64,000 nucleotides of DNA from Zygnema circumcarinatum SAG 698-1b (lineage: Eukaryota; Plantae; Zygnematophyceae), in the NCBI GenBank assembly GCA_037447605.1, contig CM074806.1:1860001-1924000 (forward strand), read 5' to 3'. A program made the translations under genes and the position numbers. This document shows positions 60,759 through 64,000 of the stretch, one piece after another. The notes below the pieces were generated by a model, which was given only the letters and a program-made list of their open reading frames with translations, had not been told where the DNA came from and did no database searches. Every line of letters starts with the position of its first letter. The first letter of the stretch is position 1.

Positions 60759-63678
60759 GGGCCAGTTTCCATCAGCCCGTTATTCCGACGTGGCGTCGTA
60801 ATGGACGACGACCCATGGGTTCCATGAGGCCGTTTCCACCAACGTGGCGCCGACGTGGCTGCCACGTGGTAACGAGGCCCCGTTCCCCAGGACGGTCCGA
60901 AGAAGGTGGTGTAACGCCATTACGACCATTCGCGTGCCGCCACGTGGCTACCAAAGATACGCCAGCGTGCGACTGCCACGTTGGCTGGAAGCCGTCAACG
61001 CACGGTGACCGCCGGTCGTAGTCGCAGGTCGCTTCAGCGCCGAGGAAACTTCCGAAGGTGCAGCCATGGCTGCCAACTTATCTGGAAAACCACGAGGAGA
61101 AGCCCGAGTACCTGCGAACGGACAACGGGCGTTTCATGAGTCAGTCAGCCAAAGGGCGTAGAAGCTCGTTGCAGGAGGGAGGGCTGCAGAGTTAAGCTCT
61201 GGCACTTAACCCTAGAATAGGGGATGAGCACGGAGGGGGCTCTCTTCCCATTCTCGCCTTAGGATTAGGGTTTGGAGACGGCTCTGGAGCATGCCGGAAG
61301 GGGGGGGGGTGTGTCCCTTTACTTCTCGTGCCGATGGAGATTTTTTGTTAGAGGGAGGAGGGAGATCGCACTCTATGAAGGTCTAATGGTTGTGTCGCTG
61401 CTACTCCGCGCTTTAGAAGCAATTGATTAGGGTTGTAATTATTATTATTCTTTTTGTTTAATTAATTTGAGTACGTGATTGGCAATTTTTCACTTTCAGA
61501 TTTTTGCTTCCATTCTTTTGGATGGCTTTTTCTAATGATGCTTGTGTTTTGGAGAGGAAAAAAACGAAATTGGAGTGGCTTTGCGTCATCAAAGCCAATG
61601 GCTAAAAAATGAGGGAAAAATAAAGGGAAAGAAGAAAGATTGAGGAAGGGGTAGAGAAATAGAGGTGTGCATAGAAACCATTGCCTCTTTGTTTTTGTTT
61701 TTCGAAAATGATTTTTTTTCGCTTTATCTTTGCCATTTATTGTCTGTTTGTGTGCCTTTGTAGTCTGTAGTTGTTTATGTAATAATTTTTCCGTAGGGTT
61801 GTATGTAATTCGCAAGAAGCAAGAAACAAGAAGCAAGAAGCAAGAAGCAAGAAGCAAGAAGCAAGAAGCAAAAAGCAAAAAGCAAAAAGCAAAAAGCAAA
61901 AAGCCAGAAGCCAGAAGCCAGAAGCCAGAAGCCAGAAGCCAGAAGCCAGAAGCCAGAAGCCAGAAGCCAGAAGCCAGAAGCCAGAAGCCAGAAGCCAGAA
62001 GCCAGAAGCCAGAAGCCAGAAGCCAGAAGCCAGAAGCCAGAAGCCAGAAGCTGAAGCCAGAAGCCAGAAGCCAGAAGCCAGAAGCCAGAAGCCAGAAGCC
62101 AGAAGCTGAAGCCAGAAGCCAGAAGCCAGAAGCCAGAAGCTGTGAAGCCAGAAGCTGTGAAGCCAGAAGCTAGAAGCCAGGAAGCCAGAAGCCAGAAGCC
62201 AGAAGCCAGCAGCCAGACGGCAGAAGACAGGAGCGAGAAGCCAGACGCCAGAAGCCAGAAGCCAGAAGCTAGAAGCTGTGAAGCCAGAAGCTAGAAGCCA
62301 GAAGCCAGAAGCTGTGAAGCCAGAAGCTAGAAGCTAGAAGCCAGAAGCTAGAAGCCAGAAGCTAGAAGCCAGGAAGCCAGAAGCCAGAAGCCAGAAGCTG
62401 TAGCCAGAAGCCAGAAGCCAGAAGCCAGAAGCCAGAAGCCAGAAGCCAGAAGCCAGCTGTGAAGCCAGAAGCCAGAAGGCCAGAAGCCAGAAGCCAGAAG
62501 CCAGAAGCCAGAAGCCAGAAGCCAGAAGCCAGAAGCCAGAAGCCAGAAGCCAGAAGCCAGAAGCCAGAAGCCAGAAGCCAGAAGCCAGAAGCCAGAAGCC
62601 AGAAGCCAGAAGCCAGAAGCAAGCAGCAAGCAGCAAGCATCAAGAAGCAAGAAGCCTCTTGACAACAAAGAGAGAAATCAGCCTATGGAGAATAGACATA
62701 CGTGTCTGTCTATGGCGGAAACACGACCAATCAGACAGAGCTGAGCTTTGAAACATTCCTGACAGCAGCCAGACTCATTCTGGGTCTAGCTCTACTTTTC
62801 AAGATTAATGTATCAACTGTGCAGAAATGTGCCTTGATGCGGAATTAGCAAAAAATGGAGCTCAGTGTCTGCAAGCACGTAATTACTTTCGAATGCAGCC
62901 CCTGAACGTTCTCAAGGTGCAGGTGCAGGAATGGATTGAGCACTTAGTGGCGTCGGGGGACAAAACAGACTTCCCTCGAAATGTATTTTCTCTCACAGTC
63001 GTGAATGGGGGGCCATACACAATTGTGATTTGTAATGCTTTAGCTCACCCGTTCAACATACATATCCTCTCAATTTCTCAGTAATGGATTCAGCTGAACT
63101 TGATCTTCATGCTCTTTGTTGGAAACAATTCAGAAGTTGTTCCATGTGTACCTGCTGTTGAGAAAGTACATCACCGAGCACAAGATGGCTTACGAACGAG
63201 AGTGCCCAATTGCTGGTGTGCAGATTATGAAGGCACCAGCATTAGTGGAGCATTAGTGGAGCACCAGCAACAAGAGGGCTCGTCGATCCATACTGTTGCC
63301 GGAGAGTGTTGCTAGTACTACCAAACCTGGGAGAAGACGACGCAGAAAGGGAACGGAAGCCTCCGGCCGTGGAATTGCGAGGCAAACGCCGCGAATGACG
63401 TTGCCGCGAAAGGTAGGGAAAGGAGGGGACGAGAAGGGAGGGGGGAGGTGGCGGCTGCAGTGGCGGCGTCCGTCGCCTCCTGCAAACCCTAAAAAATTGT
63501 CGACGGTGACGCGCGTACGGTAACCGCGGTGGGCCACGGCGGACGCTTCAAATCGTGCACGTGGCGATCGCTGATTGGAAAACGGCGTTTTGATGGAACT
63601 CGTCATTTTATCTACAAAACGGCGTCCTACGTGGACCGTAATGAGCTCGTTACGAAACGGGCTGATGGAGACTGGCCC
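60759..63678. mobile_element. Related PIF/Harbinger element (2920 bp), TSD TAA shared with the previous element
   Basis: TAA|GGGCCAGTTTCCATCAGCCCG...CGGGCTGATGGAGACTGGCCC|TAA. The first ~800 bp and last ~330 bp are homologous to 59572-60755. Confidence 0.9.
61812..62656. repeat. Heptamer satellite (AAGAAGC)/(AAAAAGC)/(AGAAGCC)n
   Basis: Directly visible ~850-bp array inside the second Harbinger. Confidence 0.95.
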
Positions 63679-64000
63679 TAAGGAGCGCGAAGCGCGGAAA
63701 GTGAACGGAGGCGCGACGCGACAAATGTTCGCGAGCGCGACGCGGAACTGAAACTAAAGTCAAACTTCAGTCGGGCGCGCGGAAGGTTTCGCGCACACCG
63801 AGAAAGCCGCGTTTCGAAAACGCGCGCGACGAAGGAGAGCGGAGGCGCACTCACTCTGAGTGCGCTCCCCTCCCACTGAGCCTTGCCGCGCTGTGTAGAG
63901 AAGTCTGCACTGAGGCGCACTAAGGCGCACTGAGCATGCGACGGCGGTTACGCGCCCACGTAGGTGCATGTTCAGCCCTTGCATGCTGGCAGCCGTGACC

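Noticed and set aside
61730-62668. ARSQKPE / LLASGFW repeat proteins; AGAAG as heat-shock elements
   Set aside because: Any 7-bp array gives heptapeptide ORFs in all frames, and heat-shock elements need alternating inverted nGAAn units, which are absent.
60010-63495. AAACCCTA / TAGGGTTT motifs as telomeric arrays
   Set aside because: Isolated single telo-box-like motifs within transposon arms, not tandem arrays.

Overview
Eukaryotic, intron-containing plant-lineage DNA; gene content and GC style suggest a streptophyte alga or non-seed plant (inference). It is a draft scaffold with many N gaps and some visibly error-rich stretches. There are three host genes: a plant MKP1-type MAP kinase phosphatase (minus strand, runs off the left edge), TIP41 (plus, 8 exons) and a two-exon DUF3339 small membrane protein. 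MKP1 and TIP41 are divergent and separated by about 49 kb of nested transposons. That block can be ordered from target-site duplications (TSDs): a pogo/Tc1-like MITE (ends 40 kb apart) received a CRE-clade non-LTR retrotransposon, which was then split into three colinear pieces by Ty3/gypsy chromoviruses and Ty1/copia LTRs. Right of the genes are two tandem PIF/Harbinger elements. The most unusual signals are: (1) every chromovirus LTR variant carries a tRNA-like A-box/B-box (Pol III promoter-like) cassette near its 5' end; (2) a ~130-bp mini-LTR, present twice with 5-bp TSDs, is essentially integrase ends plus such a cassette; (3) the chromovirus Pol begins, after a -1 frameshift signal, with a conserved ~150-aa extra domain resembling a degenerate DNA methyltransferase fold. 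All homology calls are from motif recognition by eye; no searches were run.
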